From Selaginella moellendorffii (Eukaryota > Plantae > Lycopodiophyta), in the NCBI RefSeq assembly GCF_000143415.4, contig NW_003314377.1:124001-188000 (forward strand): a stretch of DNA of 64,000 nucleotides, written 5' to 3'. The stretch's first letter is position 1, and every line of letters starts with the position of its first letter. This document shows, in pieces, positions 33,781 through 46,719 of this stretch. The position numbers were made by a program, and so were the translations under genes. Below the pieces are notes generated by a model, which was not told the DNA's origin, did not search any database, and saw only the letters and a program-made list of their open reading frames with translations.

Positions 33781-35385
33781 TTACTTTAAGTCCTTGGCAG
33801 CTGAGCAGCAGACTTGTTGTAAGAACTTGCGTTTTATGGCGTCAACCACAAGTTCCATTCTCATTCCTCTGCTTCCCTTCACGAGCACAACGTCACCGGG
33901 CGTGACCCTGGCAGTAAGTTCCTCGGCAAGAGCAGCGGAGTTTTCACATTTCACCACCTCGCACTTTTCCAGTTCTAGACCATTAAGCGCGTCAGAAAAT
34001 GCAGGCCCTGCTGTACCAATAACATCCACATGGACCTCTTGACAGCACTTAATGGCCTTCATGTGAGCGCCCCTGGCGAAATCTCCCAATTCGAGCATAT
34101 CACCCAGCGCCACAACTTTCCTGCCTTTGCATTCGACACTGGCCAGGATCTCCAAAGCGACTGTCATACTCATGGGATTCGCATTGTATGCGTCATTGAT
34201 CAGCTGGATGTTGGAACTTATAGCTTCCAACCTCGACCTCATGCCAACCGGTGAAAACTTGGAAATCGATTCTGATGCTGCCTTCAGTGGAACCCCCAGA
34301 CTGGTCGCAACACACGCTGCTGCGCAAGCATTTGAAGCCAGATGGATTCCCGGGCATGACAAAAACGTTGTCTCGAAACCTGGAACACCTTGTTGTTGCA
34401 AAGTAAATTTGACACCCTGACCACCACTGGTGACTTCTCCGTTTAGCAAACGCAAGTCACTTACTTCCGAGCGTCCAAAGAATCTCTAGAAAATGTTTTA
34501 ACAGTTAAGAACACAAGCGGAGAAAAGAAAAGAAAAACTTACAATCATTGCATCTGGTGAGACAGGCATAGCCATCACTAAAGGATCATCCGCATTAAGA
34601 ATGCATACGTCTCCGCGTCCAGAATCCCTGAAAAGCTCTCCCTTGGCCAAGGCCACTTGTTCTAAACTGCCAAGGTTCTCCATATGAGCAGGACCGACGT
34701 TTAAAACCACCCTCACCGACGGCTTGCAAATCCTGGACAGCTCCAAAATCTCCCCCAGGTGGTTCATTCCCATCTCTATAACGCACGCCGGAGAAAAAGA
34801 TGGCAGTGCTAGTAGTGTCAGAGGAACGCCAATATGATTGTTCTCACTCCCCTGTGTCTGGTGTATGTGCCCGAGAGATTCCAGAGCCAGTGCGACCATA
34901 GCCTTCGTGGTTGTCTTCCCACAACTCCCAGTAATTCCCACTACATGACCTCTATATCTGTTCCTTGCATCGACCGCCAGCTTGTGCAAAGCTGCCAGAG
35001 AATCCGACACCTCCACGAATCCCACGGGCCAGTCTGTCGGCATCGATCGGCCAATCGCTCCAGCACACCCGGCGGCCAGGGCTTGCGCAAGGAAGCTGTT
35101 CCCATCGAAATTTCGACCTACGAGCGCTAGAAACCAGTCACCCCGGTGGATTCCCCTAGTGTCTGTGCAAATGCTGCCAGGCGATCCCTGCTTCGCTAAA
35201 ATCCCGCCCACCGCCTGCGCGATCTGCTGGCAATCCCAGATTACCCCGCGAGGACCGTCCTCCCAATCTCCAAACGAGCGGCCGGAAGACGCTAGCGTCT
35301 TCGATCTAAAGCTCCTGGAGCAAACTATCGTACCTGGAGCTCGCGTCGTGCTGGGCGGAGCGCAGAGGACGACGCCCAGCAACAT
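33781..35385 (-). CDS. murF: plastid UDP-N-acetylmuramoyl-tripeptide--D-Ala-D-Ala ligase, two exons
   Basis: Transit-peptide-like N-terminus; TDTR, FDG, VGITGSCGKTTTK, NNHIGVPLTL, EMGMNHLGEI, INDAYNANP, LGDMLELG, LVKGSRGMRME. Confidence 0.95.
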
Positions 35386-35484
35386 TCCTCAAGAACTAGG
35401 GTTTAATCTATGCCGTTGGAATCTAGTTTGAATTTGACCGTCGGATTAAAGACCTGTTAGAGAAAAAAAGAATAAAATAGAATT

Positions 35485-35556
35485 TATCAGAGACAGGTTT
35501 CGATCCTGTGACCTGTGGGTTATGGGCCCACCACGCTTCCGCTGCGCCACTCTGAT
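35485..35556 (-). tRNA. initiator tRNA-Met (CAT)
   Basis: ATCAGAGTGGCGCAGCGGAAGCGTGGTGGGCCCATAACCCACAGGTCACAGGATCGAAACCTGTCTCTGATA. A1-T72 pair, ATCG in the T-loop, upstream CAA motifs and a downstream T-run terminator. Confidence 0.98.
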
Positions 35557-35649
35557 TTTGTTGTAAGCCTCTATCTGAAAGAAATTATCGCATTTCTTGT
35601 GTAAAGGAAGTAAATGAGAGAGTTTAGGTCTTTCTCGGGGGAAGGAAGG

Positions 35650-38627
35650 ATGAATGCCGACAGTGGCCATCGCAAGGGCGAGATCGCGGAGCTTAAATCC
35701 CAGCTCCGGCAGCTCGCGGGTAGCCGGGCGCCCGGCGTGGAGGAGGTGAAGCGCGAGCTCTACAAGAAGGTAATCTCCTACATGACCATCGGCATCGATG
35801 TCTCGTCGCTCTTCAGCGAGATGGTGATGTGCTCCGCGACATCGGATCTCGTCGTCAAGAAGATGTGCTACCTCTATGTCGGGAATTACGCCAAGGTCCA
35901 TCCAGATCTAGCGCTGCTCACCATAAATTTCCTCCAGCGGGATTGCCAGGACGATGATCCGATGATCCGGGGCCTGGCGCTGCGGAGCTTGTGCTCCTTG
36001 AGGGTGATGAATTTCGTGGAGTACTTGGTCGGGTCTCTCAGGAAGGGCCTCAAGGATAACAATGGTTACGTGAGACAGGTAGCTGCGATGGGAGTGCTCA
36101 AGCTCTACCACATTGCTCCTACTGCTTGCATTGAGAATGATTTCGTGGCTACATTGAAGAGCATGCTTTCTCAGGATCCCGATGCTCAGGTTCGTGAGTA
36201 GTTCTTCCTTTTTTCTTTTCTTTTCTTTCTTTCTTGATATCTTGTTTACTCACTTTGTTACCTTTAGGTGGTCGCGAACTGTCTGTGTGCGCTGGAAGAG
36301 ATTTTGGTTCTGGAGAGAACCAACAGTGACCGTGCAAACAAAGATCGGGAGATGCTACATAGCAAGCAAATCGTTTTCTCGCTGCTAAACAGGCAAGGCT
36401 CCGGTTTTGAAAGCTTTGCTGCTCTTAATTGTTGTGCTTGATACAGGATCAAGGACTTCTCCGAATGGGCTCAATGTCTCGTGCTTGATATGGTATCGAA
36501 GTACATTCCGGTGGATCCAAATGAGACATTTGATATCATGAACCTGTTGGAAGATCGGCTGCAGCATTCCAATAGTGCGGTGGTGCTAGCAACTATCAAA
36601 GTTTTTCTTCAGCTGACAATCTCTATGGCCGACGTTCACCAGCAAGTGAGTTCGTTTGTTTTTCGTTCGCATTGTTAAGTTTGGTTGGTTCTTCAGGTAT
36701 ACGAAAGGATAAAAGCTCCTCTGCTTACTTTGATAAGCTCGGGCAGCCCAGAGTTATCGTATGCGGTGCTCAGCCATCTCCATTTGTTGGTAATGAGAGC
36801 ACCCATACTGTTCTCATCCGATTACAAACATTTTTACTGTCGCTATAGTGACCCGTCTTACGTGAAAAAGCTGAAAATTGAGATGCTTACTGCCGTTGCG
36901 AGCGAGAGCAACATGTACGAAATTGGTGAGCATCTTTCCTCCAACACTTTAGTTCTTGATGTTGAAGTATTTGATCCACTGAATGCAGGCTTTGTTTTTT
37001 GAATGATCAGTGACAGAGCTTAGCGAGTACGCGGCAAACGTGGACGTTGGAATAACGCGAGAAGCCATAAGGGCCGTGGGAAAAATCGCGTTAAACCTTT
37101 GCGACGTCAATGCGATCGTTGATCGGCTGCTTCAGTTTTTAGAGATGGAGCGGGATTATGTTACTGCGGAAACACTGGTATGGCTATTCAATTTAAAGAC
37201 ATCCCTTACGCTTTGGTTTCGTTTCAGGTCTTAGTGAAAGACTTGGTGAGAAAGTACCCAGAATGGAGTCATGACTGCATTGCGGTTGTTGGAAATGTGA
37301 GTAGCAAAAGTATTCAAGAACCGAAAGCGAAGGCAGCTCTCATATGGATGCTCGGAGAGTATTCTCATGATATGCTCGATGCACCTTATGTGCTTGAAAG
37401 TTTTGTGGATAACTGGCTGGAAGAGGACTCTCCCGAGGTTAGTCTTGCTCTCTACGTTTGTCTTTCAGTTCTGGAAAGCAGTTATTGTTTACAGGTTCGT
37501 CTGGAGTTGCTGACAGCCGCAGCAAAGATTTTTTTCAAACGACCACCTGAAAGCCAAAAGCTTCTTGGAGCTGCATTAGCAGCAGCGGTTGACGATCCTG
37601 ATCAGGTACGTTTCTTCTTAATCCGTTATTTAATTGATAATTGCTTGTTAATCTTTGCCAGGACGTCCACGACAAGGGTCTGTTCTATTATAGGCTTCTT
37701 CAACAAGGGGTTCAAACTGCGGAGTCAATAGTCAATCCACCAAAGAAGGCAGTCTCTGATTTTGCAGATATCCAAAACAGTGAAATGAGAGATCGAATAT
37801 TTGATGAATTCAACAGCCTATCTGTCATCTACCGCGAGGTGAGCTGTTATTTGAAGTTTCTACCATGTATAAAGTGGACTTTTTGCAGCCTTCGTACATG
37901 TTTTTGGACAAGGAACATAGAAAACTGTACGAGTTTTCTGATGAAGCAGCCCCAACTGATGTGTTGCCGACACAAAAACTGGACGCAAACGACAATGATT
38001 TGCTCCTTGGTGCGTTTGATAAGGAAGAAAGCCAAAGTGGCGTGAGCAACGGGGATGATGGACCACTCAGTGCGCCACGATCGCCATCTCCAACGCTACT
38101 AGGTGACTCAGTGCCTCCAGTGTCAGCTTCAAATATTCCTGCGGCATTCGGGATTGATGATCTCCTCGGCCTGAACATCTCTACGCCACCTCCTCCTCCG
38201 CCATCATTGGTACTCAGCTCAAAGCCAGTTCTCGACTCTGGCACGTTTCAAAAGAAATGGTCACAGCTTCCTGTTGCTCTAAGTTTCGTAAGTACCACTC
38301 AGTCTTACATGGCGTTCGCTAACGACGTGCTTTTGTTAACAGGAGCATCCAATCTCAGCGCAGAGCCTCAAGACCACTCAGCCGCTTCTGCGCCATATGC
38401 AGGAAAAATCTGTGCAGTGCATGGCGTCGGGTGGCCAGAGCCCGACTTTCAAGTTCTTCTTCTTCGCGCAGAAGGCCGATGGGATGCCTGGGACAGGCTT
38501 CTTCCTCGTGGAGTGCCTGGTCCATACGAGCGCAGGAAAGGCCAGCGTTAAAGTAAAGAGCGAAGATTCGACATTTACAGCGGCCTTTAGCGACCTTTTC
38601 AAGTCCGCACTATCGTCCTTCATGTAG
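35650..38627 (+). CDS. AP4B1: beta-adaptin-like protein A (AP-4 complex beta subunit), multi-exon
   Basis: LRQLAGSRAPG...KKVISYMTIGIDVSS...KKMCYLYVGNYAK...DPMIRGLALRSLCSL, plus a C-terminal appendage (QCMASGGQSPTFKFFFFAQ). Confidence 0.93.
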
Positions 38628-38800
38628 GTGGCTGTAATATCCTTTTCTGTACTTCTTCGTACTAACGTCTTACATTTCGCAGCATTTGACCAGTAGCTCG
38701 AGTTGTCTAGATGAACAAGTGCAAGAGAAAGAAAGAAATCCTTGAGGTTTGCGGCCTACATTGTGCTTTCAAGAATATCGTGTAGGATATAGTTGCTTTG

Positions 38801-39304
38801 CTAAAGATTCTCCAGGCTGACGACATAGAGATCGACGAGCTCTTGAGCCTGCGAGGAATCCAGGACGACGTCGCTGTTCTCAATGTGCCAGAGCAGGAGG
38901 TGGAAGAGATCGACCGGGCAGGGGATTTGCAGCGGTCCCTGGTGGCAGAAACCAAACTTCTCCTCGCACTTTTTGAGCAGCACCTTGAAGATGGGATGGT
39001 GGAGGTGATTGGTCGGGACGATGAACCTCTCCTGGTGCTGCTCGCCAACGTAGACGGCGAGGTATCCTCTGGGAACATCGGCGGTTCTTGAGTAGGAGCT
39101 CTTGTCACCGCTCAGTGGGCTGTAGCTGCCGCTCCTCCGGCTGCTCCGCAAGCTCGCCAGCTCCTGGAGGCCTTTGAGGACGAGCTTGGTGACCGTCTTG
39201 TGGAAGCTGGAGCTCCGCCCGGGCATGGTGGTGTTGCTGCTCGCCTTGCGATCGTCTCCTCCGCCTCTCAAGAGACTTTGCTGCCGCTTGTTCGTCGTCG
39301 TCAT
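38801..39304 (-). CDS. SAUR auxin-responsive protein
   Basis: DVPRGYLAVYVG...RFIVPTNHLHHPIFKVLL..CEEKFGF...GPLQIPC. The start codon is uncertain (the ORF is open to 39412). Confidence 0.9.
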   Translation of the reverse strand: MTTTNKRQQSLLRGGGDDRKASSNTTMPGRSSSFHKTVTKLVLKGLQELASLRSSRRSGSYSPLSGDKSSYSRTADVPRGYLAVYVGEQHQERFIVPTNHLHHPIFKVLLKKCEEKFGFCHQGPLQIPCPVDLFHLLLWHIENSDVVLDSSQAQELVDLYVVSLENL

Positions 39305-40265
39305 ACACTCCCGGCCTGGAAGACTTGCAGCATGAGAGAACACTGGGAGAGAAAAGACGAGAAGGGAGAGCGCTCGGATTTTGCGCTCTTGTGTGGCCCG
39401 GAAGTTAGTCAAATGCCGCTCGGCTCGCGAGTATCATCGTCGTTATCATAGACTTTGCTTGAGGCAGGGGCGAAACAAGGAAAGAAAAACTCTGCGTACA
39501 TTCTCTCCAGGGTCGAGAGTCATGCTTCTTTGATGATACGCTGCTAGAGAAATAGTGGCGAATCACTGCTCCTCTTCTCTCTCTCCTCTCTCTCTCTTTC
39601 TCTCTGGCTTGAGGCATATAAACGAAAGACAGAGAGAGAGGGAGAGACGTTCTCTTTGTTGCTGCTTTCCTCAGAGAAAGAATAAGAATTTCCTTTCCTC
39701 CCCTCGGCTATAATTCGCATCGGTCAACTGGGAATGGAAGAAAGGAGTAAAAAAGAAAACCACAGTTTTAATGAAATGAGGCCAAGCACCTACCTTTGCA
39801 GAAGCTTCTCCGACCGAGCATATGCTCGCATCGGCACACATCATGCGAGTAAAAGCTTCGGGCCTTGACTTGTCGTCCGCGAAGCTCTGATAAGAAGAGA
39901 CTTTGAATGGCTCGGGGTGGACTTTCCGATCGATCCTCACAGCTCGCGGGAAAATTTCTGGCTTGTGACGAGCGTAATACTTGAAAGATTCATTCATCAC
40001 AGCTGCAAGGAAAGATCGTCGGGACCAAGACCAAGGTGTGAACAAAGAAAATACTCATGCCTCGTGTACGGCTTTGAAAAGAACTTCCCGCTGGGTCCCG
40101 GTCCTCGAGTGCACGGAGAGCTCTACGGACGGACTAAAGAAGAACTGTCAAGGCAAACAAAAGAGATCTGGACCAACAAGTCAAAGGAAAACTAAACATC
40201 GTGCTCAAAGCCACTGCTGAAGAGGAGAAAAAGCGAAAGGAACGTTTTATATTTACCAATGTGAT

Positions 40266-41160
40266 TCAAGCTCCATTCATGGTGACAACCACCTTCCTTG
40301 CTCCGCCACGATCACGATGCTCGCACAGCCAGATTCCCTTCGCAAGCAGAGTTAAAGTCGCAGCGAGTTTCGGAGCAAAAGTTACCTGCCAAGTTCCCAA
40401 GTTTAATCGCCCATCGGTGATCGGGATCCTGTAAAGAGCAAGCAATAAGAGCAAAGAACAATCCACACCCTCACACGACAAAAACCAGAACAAACTTACG
40501 TGACCGAGCAGCCAAACATTGACGACTTGATGTGTGCGGGCATGTCATCCGGGCCTGAAAAAGAAAAAGTGAGTTGTTTCTTTCCGCCGCGACAGAAGAA
40601 TCGAGGACAAAAATAAGCGTACCTTCCATTGTGTGCTTCCATGGAGCGGCACGACCCTGTCGAGGACCACCACCGAATCAAGGAGATCAGGGACAGGGAA
40701 AACTATCGCTAACAGCGTGGCCATGGCTACCTCGGGCACAGTCTTGTTTAGAAACGTTTCTACATCTTCCTGGACATCGCTATCGTAATTCTCGTTCACC
40801 GTCAGAGACGCGCTCGTGTGTTGCACTAAGTAGCAAAAAAAATAAAAGTAAGGAGAAGTAAGTAAGAACGTGACAAAAAAAGATTCCTAAGAAGCTCAAT
40901 GAGGAACACGCAAAGAGATGCGAGGGAAAAAAAAAAAAATTAGAGAATGGCAAAGTAAAAAGACTTACAAAAGAAATGTGCAAAGCCACACTTGATTGAC
41001 GAAAGGTCCGCCTCGATGTCGCGAAGAATCTGGGAGGAGATGGAATTTGACCTAGGCGAGCTAAGCGCGTGGAAGAATCCAGCGATGGGAGAGTACCTGG
41101 GACGTGACGAGATGGCAGCCGCGCTTGTGAGGGGGGAGCACCACCGTTCGCTGTAGCCAT
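40266..41160 (-). CDS. yjbQ: YjbQ/UPF0047 family protein (secondary thiamine-phosphate synthase family), multi-exon
   Basis: [60 protein letters not shown]. Confidence 0.93.
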
Positions 41161-41280
41161 TTGCTCGCCATAGCTGAAAATTCCCAGAATGAATTCTAGG
41201 GTTTAGCAGAATATGCTTTTAACGTCTTGAAATTAATCGCACAGAATATTCCACGAAAGATGCGGCTTAAGCCTTAAGCC

Positions 41281-44200
41281 CTACTTCATAGCGGCATATG
41301 CAGTCGTAGATGGCGCCATTGAAGAGTTTCTCTGCCAAGCGCTGGTTTTTCACCATAGCTAACTGGTAAAAAACAAAATTACCACACCACATTTTGAGGA
41401 GGATAGGAAGAGAGAGAAAAAGAGGAAAATATATACCTTTAAGGCCTCACACGTAAACCGGGCGTCATAATTCGTGTGCAACGATCTTCCCATGCCTTCC
41501 AAAACAATCTGTTTATTTGGCGTCACTTTCGTCAGCGATGCTTTCCCAAGGGACTCGGGAAGAATGGAAAGTTTTTTACCAGGTCCGCCTCCTCGGCGAG
41601 TATCGCCAGCTCCGAGCTCACTTGGCGGAAGTCGAGGCACGGGCTGCCGGAGCCGCTCTGGACGACCATGAGCCTGGGAGCTGTGGACGTCGTCGCAGAT
41701 CGATCGTCGAGAGAAGTAGCATTGAGCAGCACGCCGCCAGCTATGGCGGCCTCTCGAAGAATGCTACAATGCTGCAATGCAAAGAGAGTGGTCTTACTCC
41801 CCAAACATATGGAGTCTTCACGTTTACCGTGGCTGCTGCTGCTACCACCGTTGGAAGCTCCATGTAAGTGACATCGTTGATTGCAGGGAGCGTGTTCGCA
41901 ACCAGGACAACCTGTGAGTGAGAGAAAACTTAGGAGCTGGCTTGAACGAAAGGAATCGGGACACAAACGTTGATACCTCTGTGCCGCGTCTAAGGAGCTC
42001 ACGAGCAAACGGGAGCATCCCCAGGACGATATCGGCTCCAGAGTTGTCGACGAAAAGCAGTGCTCTGTAGTGCGGTTTTCCTGACATCCACCTGTTTCGA
42101 AACGCATCAAAGTCGTCCACCTGATCACAGCGAAGTAAGTTCTTGTTACAGGAACTGCGAGAAACAGTACTCTCCAGGGCCGCTGCATTTTGTTGCGACT
42201 CATGCGGTATATCTCGATAATGGTACCGCTCTGATAGAGCTCTACGCAGGCTCGAGAACCCCAGTCAAAAATGTTAGCAGCGAGGACGCCTTCTATTATT
42301 GTAAGTAATCTTGTCTCCTGTGCATATAGATGAGAATGAACATGACAAATCTTAGGCTAGTACCGTGTCCATGGTGTCAAGCTCCGAAAAGAGGTCAGGC
42401 AATACCGCCAGGGATGCTTCATTTTCCCTGCAATAAGAGACAGAGACTTGAAGAACAAAATAGAGGACAGTACCAACCTTTGCTTGATTGCTCGATACGC
42501 ATCCGTGAAGTGGAACTCTCGAAGGCACTCTTCTCTGAGTTCTAGAAGGTTTGCAAGGCCGAGCTTCCCATACGCTGCTGGTTCTTCTCTCAACCTGAAC
42601 TCCTAGCTGAACAATTTTACGTAGAAAAAACCACAATTACCTCGCAAGATGGGCTCGAAAGGCTTGTGCAAAAGCGTCACCTCTGCGCTTTGCGTTGTCG
42701 GTGCCACCTTCACTAGCGACAGCCTGAAAAAAACAGTTTTTCTGAAGCTCGGTCGCGAGTTTTTGTGAATACCTTTTCAACCAAGTTCGGCAGCTGTTCG
42801 GAAAGAATGTTAAACCAATACCTGCAAGGTTATAGATAAGTTATTAGTTCCAAATAAAAACAATGATGACTAATTCCTTACTCTCGCTCATCAAGGTCTC
42901 CCAAGTCAATGGTGTTAGGCTCGTACCTAAAAGCAAACAACGTCAATGTAGCTGATGGGAAACTAATGCTTGCTTACACACGTTTTCGGATCTGCTAGCA
43001 GCGGAAATGGTTCAAGAGAAGGTATTAGGTGAAGGACACCAACGTTAAGTGCTGCACTTGAATCAGAACGTAGCGACCTGGCACGACCTAGAGGACGCTC
43101 AAAACCACCGAGCCCAGTTGTGCTTGGATAACCTGTTGGTACTGGGGCAGTAATTTCTCCACCCTTTTGTACAAACTTTTCCATCCAAGTGATCTAACAT
43201 TCGAATGCGGTTAAAAAACTGAAACAAAATATCTGCTGAGTACCTTCTCGTTTAGATCCCGAATAAGAGGGCCATGAATATTTCCCCCGGAGTATGGAGC
43301 ACCCATAGGAAACCGCTCCACAAACTGGTGCGCGGTCAGGTTGGCAAGACCGTGTTTGTCGTAGCTCAAAAATGCACCTAGCGCGCCAAGAAATCCTTCA
43401 TGCCTCAAGAACATTGCCTGCGCTTCACCTTTCGACCTGTGCGTTGATCTACGTTAAAAAATTTCAAGCAGTGTCGAAAACATACCAGAAAGAGATGGCG
43501 AATGACATTGTGTCCATTGTGTATGCATGCCCGCGAATAAAAAAGCCTCCAAAAAATATGCGTTTTAATTTGTATCTGATAGCATTTAAGTAAGCAATCT
43601 GCAAGAACAGTATCAGAAGCCTACTAACCGGAATGCCTCATAGTACACAACCTGACCAATGTTGTAAGAGATCATTCGAAGTAAGGAAAGGGCAATATCC
43701 TCTTTACGGTAATCCGAAAGACTCTTTGTTTCAGATATAACTCTACCAAAGCTGGAAGCTATTGTTGACGCAGACAATCCAATCTGTCATGAGATTATAA
43801 ATTTAAGAAACGACCGCAGCATATACCTTCGAGTAGTCTAGGCCGCCGTAGATATCTCCTACAAGCATATCGATGGCACTATTATCACCTTGCTGGCTTA
43901 GCTCCAATATCTGGTCGAATCTGCAATGCATTATTTACAGAGGATTGACAGGAGGCCAGAAAACAGCATCTCTTACGTTTTACATCCTGTTAGCAATCGG
44001 CCAAGGCCCCAAAAGGTTCCTCCACCAACATTTGTCCCACTCACCCTTTGAAATTGGCCATCTGCATCAACCTGTTCCTCGATTTTAAATACTTTGTTGT
44101 GTACAAAGGCACCGTACCTTGATCATGCTGACACCAGATCCGATGTTAACGAGAAGGTACGGGAACATATCGCTTTGGTCAATTTGAACGAACTGCTTAT

Positions 44201-45043
44201 TCCCTTCCAAGTGTGTGAATGCCTCGTCTCTGATAGCCTGCCTTGAAGAAGAAAGGTAAAAGATCCGTTTCCCGGAAATGGTGTGAGAGCTTACTCTTTG
44301 TAAGAAATTTGCTCCAGCGACCAAGCAATCCATCTCGTCCTCTTTGTCGAGTGTCACACCCAAACGCTCCTTGAACATATCCGCGTACTTGAATGCCCCG
44401 CCACCCGTGGCCTTCATCCACCACCCGCAAAGCAATTACAAACGACAAGGAAGTCTCGTCACTCACCTTAATTGTGATTCCTTCCTCTGACCGGCTAACT
44501 ACACAGCACTTCTTAGAAACAGCGCAAAATAAAAAAAGAAAAGAAAAGAAAGAGCTTACATGGATCATTGCAGCAATGAAGCCGCTTTGACTCGATAAAG
44601 TCCAGGCACTCGTTGATTTTCCCGGTCTCAAACTTGACGAAGTGAAGCCGCCCGCCAGAGAAGTGACCGCGAAGGCTGGGAGATTTTGGCTGCTCCCCCG
44701 ATCTTCTGGAGCTAGAAGGCTCGGGATGCCTCGAAAAATAGATCAGCTTGATAAGCGAGCCTGCGATCAAAATATTGACTCGGCGATGCGATGAATGGGA
44801 AGAAGGAAGAAAAAGAAAGGAAAGAATAGAAATTCTACCTCCTATGTCGATTGCGAAGTGGCTGATGTCGTCGTTTTGATTCGGCAGAAGAATGCTGGGG
44901 TTTCGATCCTCCGTGGATCCTTGAATCGCAGCGCCGCTCAGATCCAGCTGCGGCCGCGACAAGCTCCTGGGAATCGATTGCTGCTGGTGCTGCTGCTGCG
45001 ACGCCGGCGGCTCTCCATCCATGGCGCTGGATTGCGTCGCCAT
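41281..45043 (-). CDS. PANK2: pantothenate kinase 2 (PanK plus C-terminal DUF89 domain), multi-exon
   Basis: AIDIGG|SLIKL, ATGGGAFKY, DEMDCLVAGANFL, PYLLVNIGSGVS, FLRHEGFLGALGAF, FVDNSGAD, LEGMGRSLHTN. Confidence 0.95.
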
Positions 45044-45295
45044 TCCCGATGGCGCGCGCTATCTCTACCTAGCTCGAAAAAATATTCACAAACCCCTTTG
45101 CATGGGCTACCTTCTTAATCGGCGAATATGCCTTGACGGCGTGAGAACATTCCGTCTGGGCCGGCGGGCGAATATTCGTGGTCCCTTTCACGAGAGCGTT
45201 TCAGTGGCCTGTTTAGCCTAAATTGCTTCCACTGAAACGCTCCGGACGTGAAGAAAATCCCGCATTGGCTCTCAATCCATGCGCTGGAGAGAGCT

Positions 45296-46681
45296 ATGGC
45301 GGCGCCCTGGCGGACGAATCCGTGCTGGTTCTGTCTAGCTAGCGGCATTGCAATTCTCCTGTGGAGCGCGGCTGGGGCGAGGGCCGATCAACAGCGAGCT
45401 GCGACGATCTTCCACAGTAAGTGCTCCTGGAAATCCTTTCTGTGCGCGCTAGTGGCAAATGTAGCTCGGATTTTTTCGAGTAGACAGCAGCATCGATCCC
45501 TTGCTTGGTCTCCAATGCATCGCCCTAGTCCTTTGTTCTTCGTGGATTCGTGCCAGTCTTCTTCCTGGACTTTCATCTCTTGCGCTCTTGCAGATACTTC
45601 GTTACGCATCGACTGCGGCGGGCCAAGAACTTTCGTGAACGAATTCAAGGAGAAATGGCTCTCGGACAGATTCTACACGGGAGGGAGCACCGCCGCGCTC
45701 GTCTCGACCTCGGACCACTTGAGGCGATCCCACGAGTGGTCTCTACGCTACTTTCCTCCCTCAACCGGCAAGAAGAATTGCTACATTGTGGAGCTCCCAA
45801 ACGGCCGCTACTCCATCCGGATGTTCTTCGTCTACGGGAACTATGATCGCAAGTCCAGGCCCCCAAACTTCGATGTCTCGGTGGAAGGCACGGTGGTTTT
45901 CAGCTGGAGATATCCTTGGTCCGACGAGGAAGCAAAGAATGGTGTCTACAGCGATCTCTACACCTTCATCGACGATGGCGACGCGAAGATTTGCTTCTAC
46001 AGCATTGCGACGGACTCGCCGGTGATAGGGGCCTTGGAGATCGTCTCGGTTGATCCACAGTCGTATAGCTCCCTGGCGACTGGGACCGACGTGATCCTTG
46101 TCAACTATGGACGTTTCACTGGTGGGCTCAAGGCTTTTGGAGCTGGTGTGAGCCGCGAAGGTGACAAACTCGGTCGGGCATGGGAACCGGATGCTACTCT
46201 CGCCACCACTTTCGGGGAGAGCTTTTATCTCCGAACGGATGATCCTATCAAGAACGCTGAGGTTGCTCCAAACTATTTCCCACAGCGGCTCTACCAGTCG
46301 GCTCACACGCTAACTTCACCCGGCAGCATCGAGTTTATGTTCACGGTGGACACGAGCCTCGACTACATGCTGTGGTTTCACTTCGCGGAGATTGATACGG
46401 CGGTCACGGCTTCTGGCCAGAGAGTTTTCGACGTCTTCATCAACAGCGAAGCTGCGTTCTCGGAGGTGGATGTTTACAAGGAGGCTGGAAGCTTTGCTGC
46501 TTATGACTTGTTTCACGTACTTAAGAACCTCACTGGCTCGGCTCTCAACGTGACGCTCTCGCCGCGAGTAGGAACACCAATTCTCAATGGATTGGAGAAC
46601 TATGCAATCCTCCCTATGGATCTATCAACAAGCGTGGATGAAGGTATGTTAAAGGAAGTTTCGGACGTGATGTTTGTAAAC

Positions 46682-46719
<38 letters not shown>

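Noticed and set aside
33781-35385. Bacterial contamination or recent HGT suggested by murF, yjbQ, RraA-like, PhoD and xylA
   Set aside because: These are known plant nuclear gene families, most have spliceosomal introns here, and all are interspersed with plant-specific genes.
46683-46717. Long poly-T run (also poly-C at ~3944-3963)
   Set aside because: These are simple homopolymers in an intron or LTR, with no retroposed element attached.
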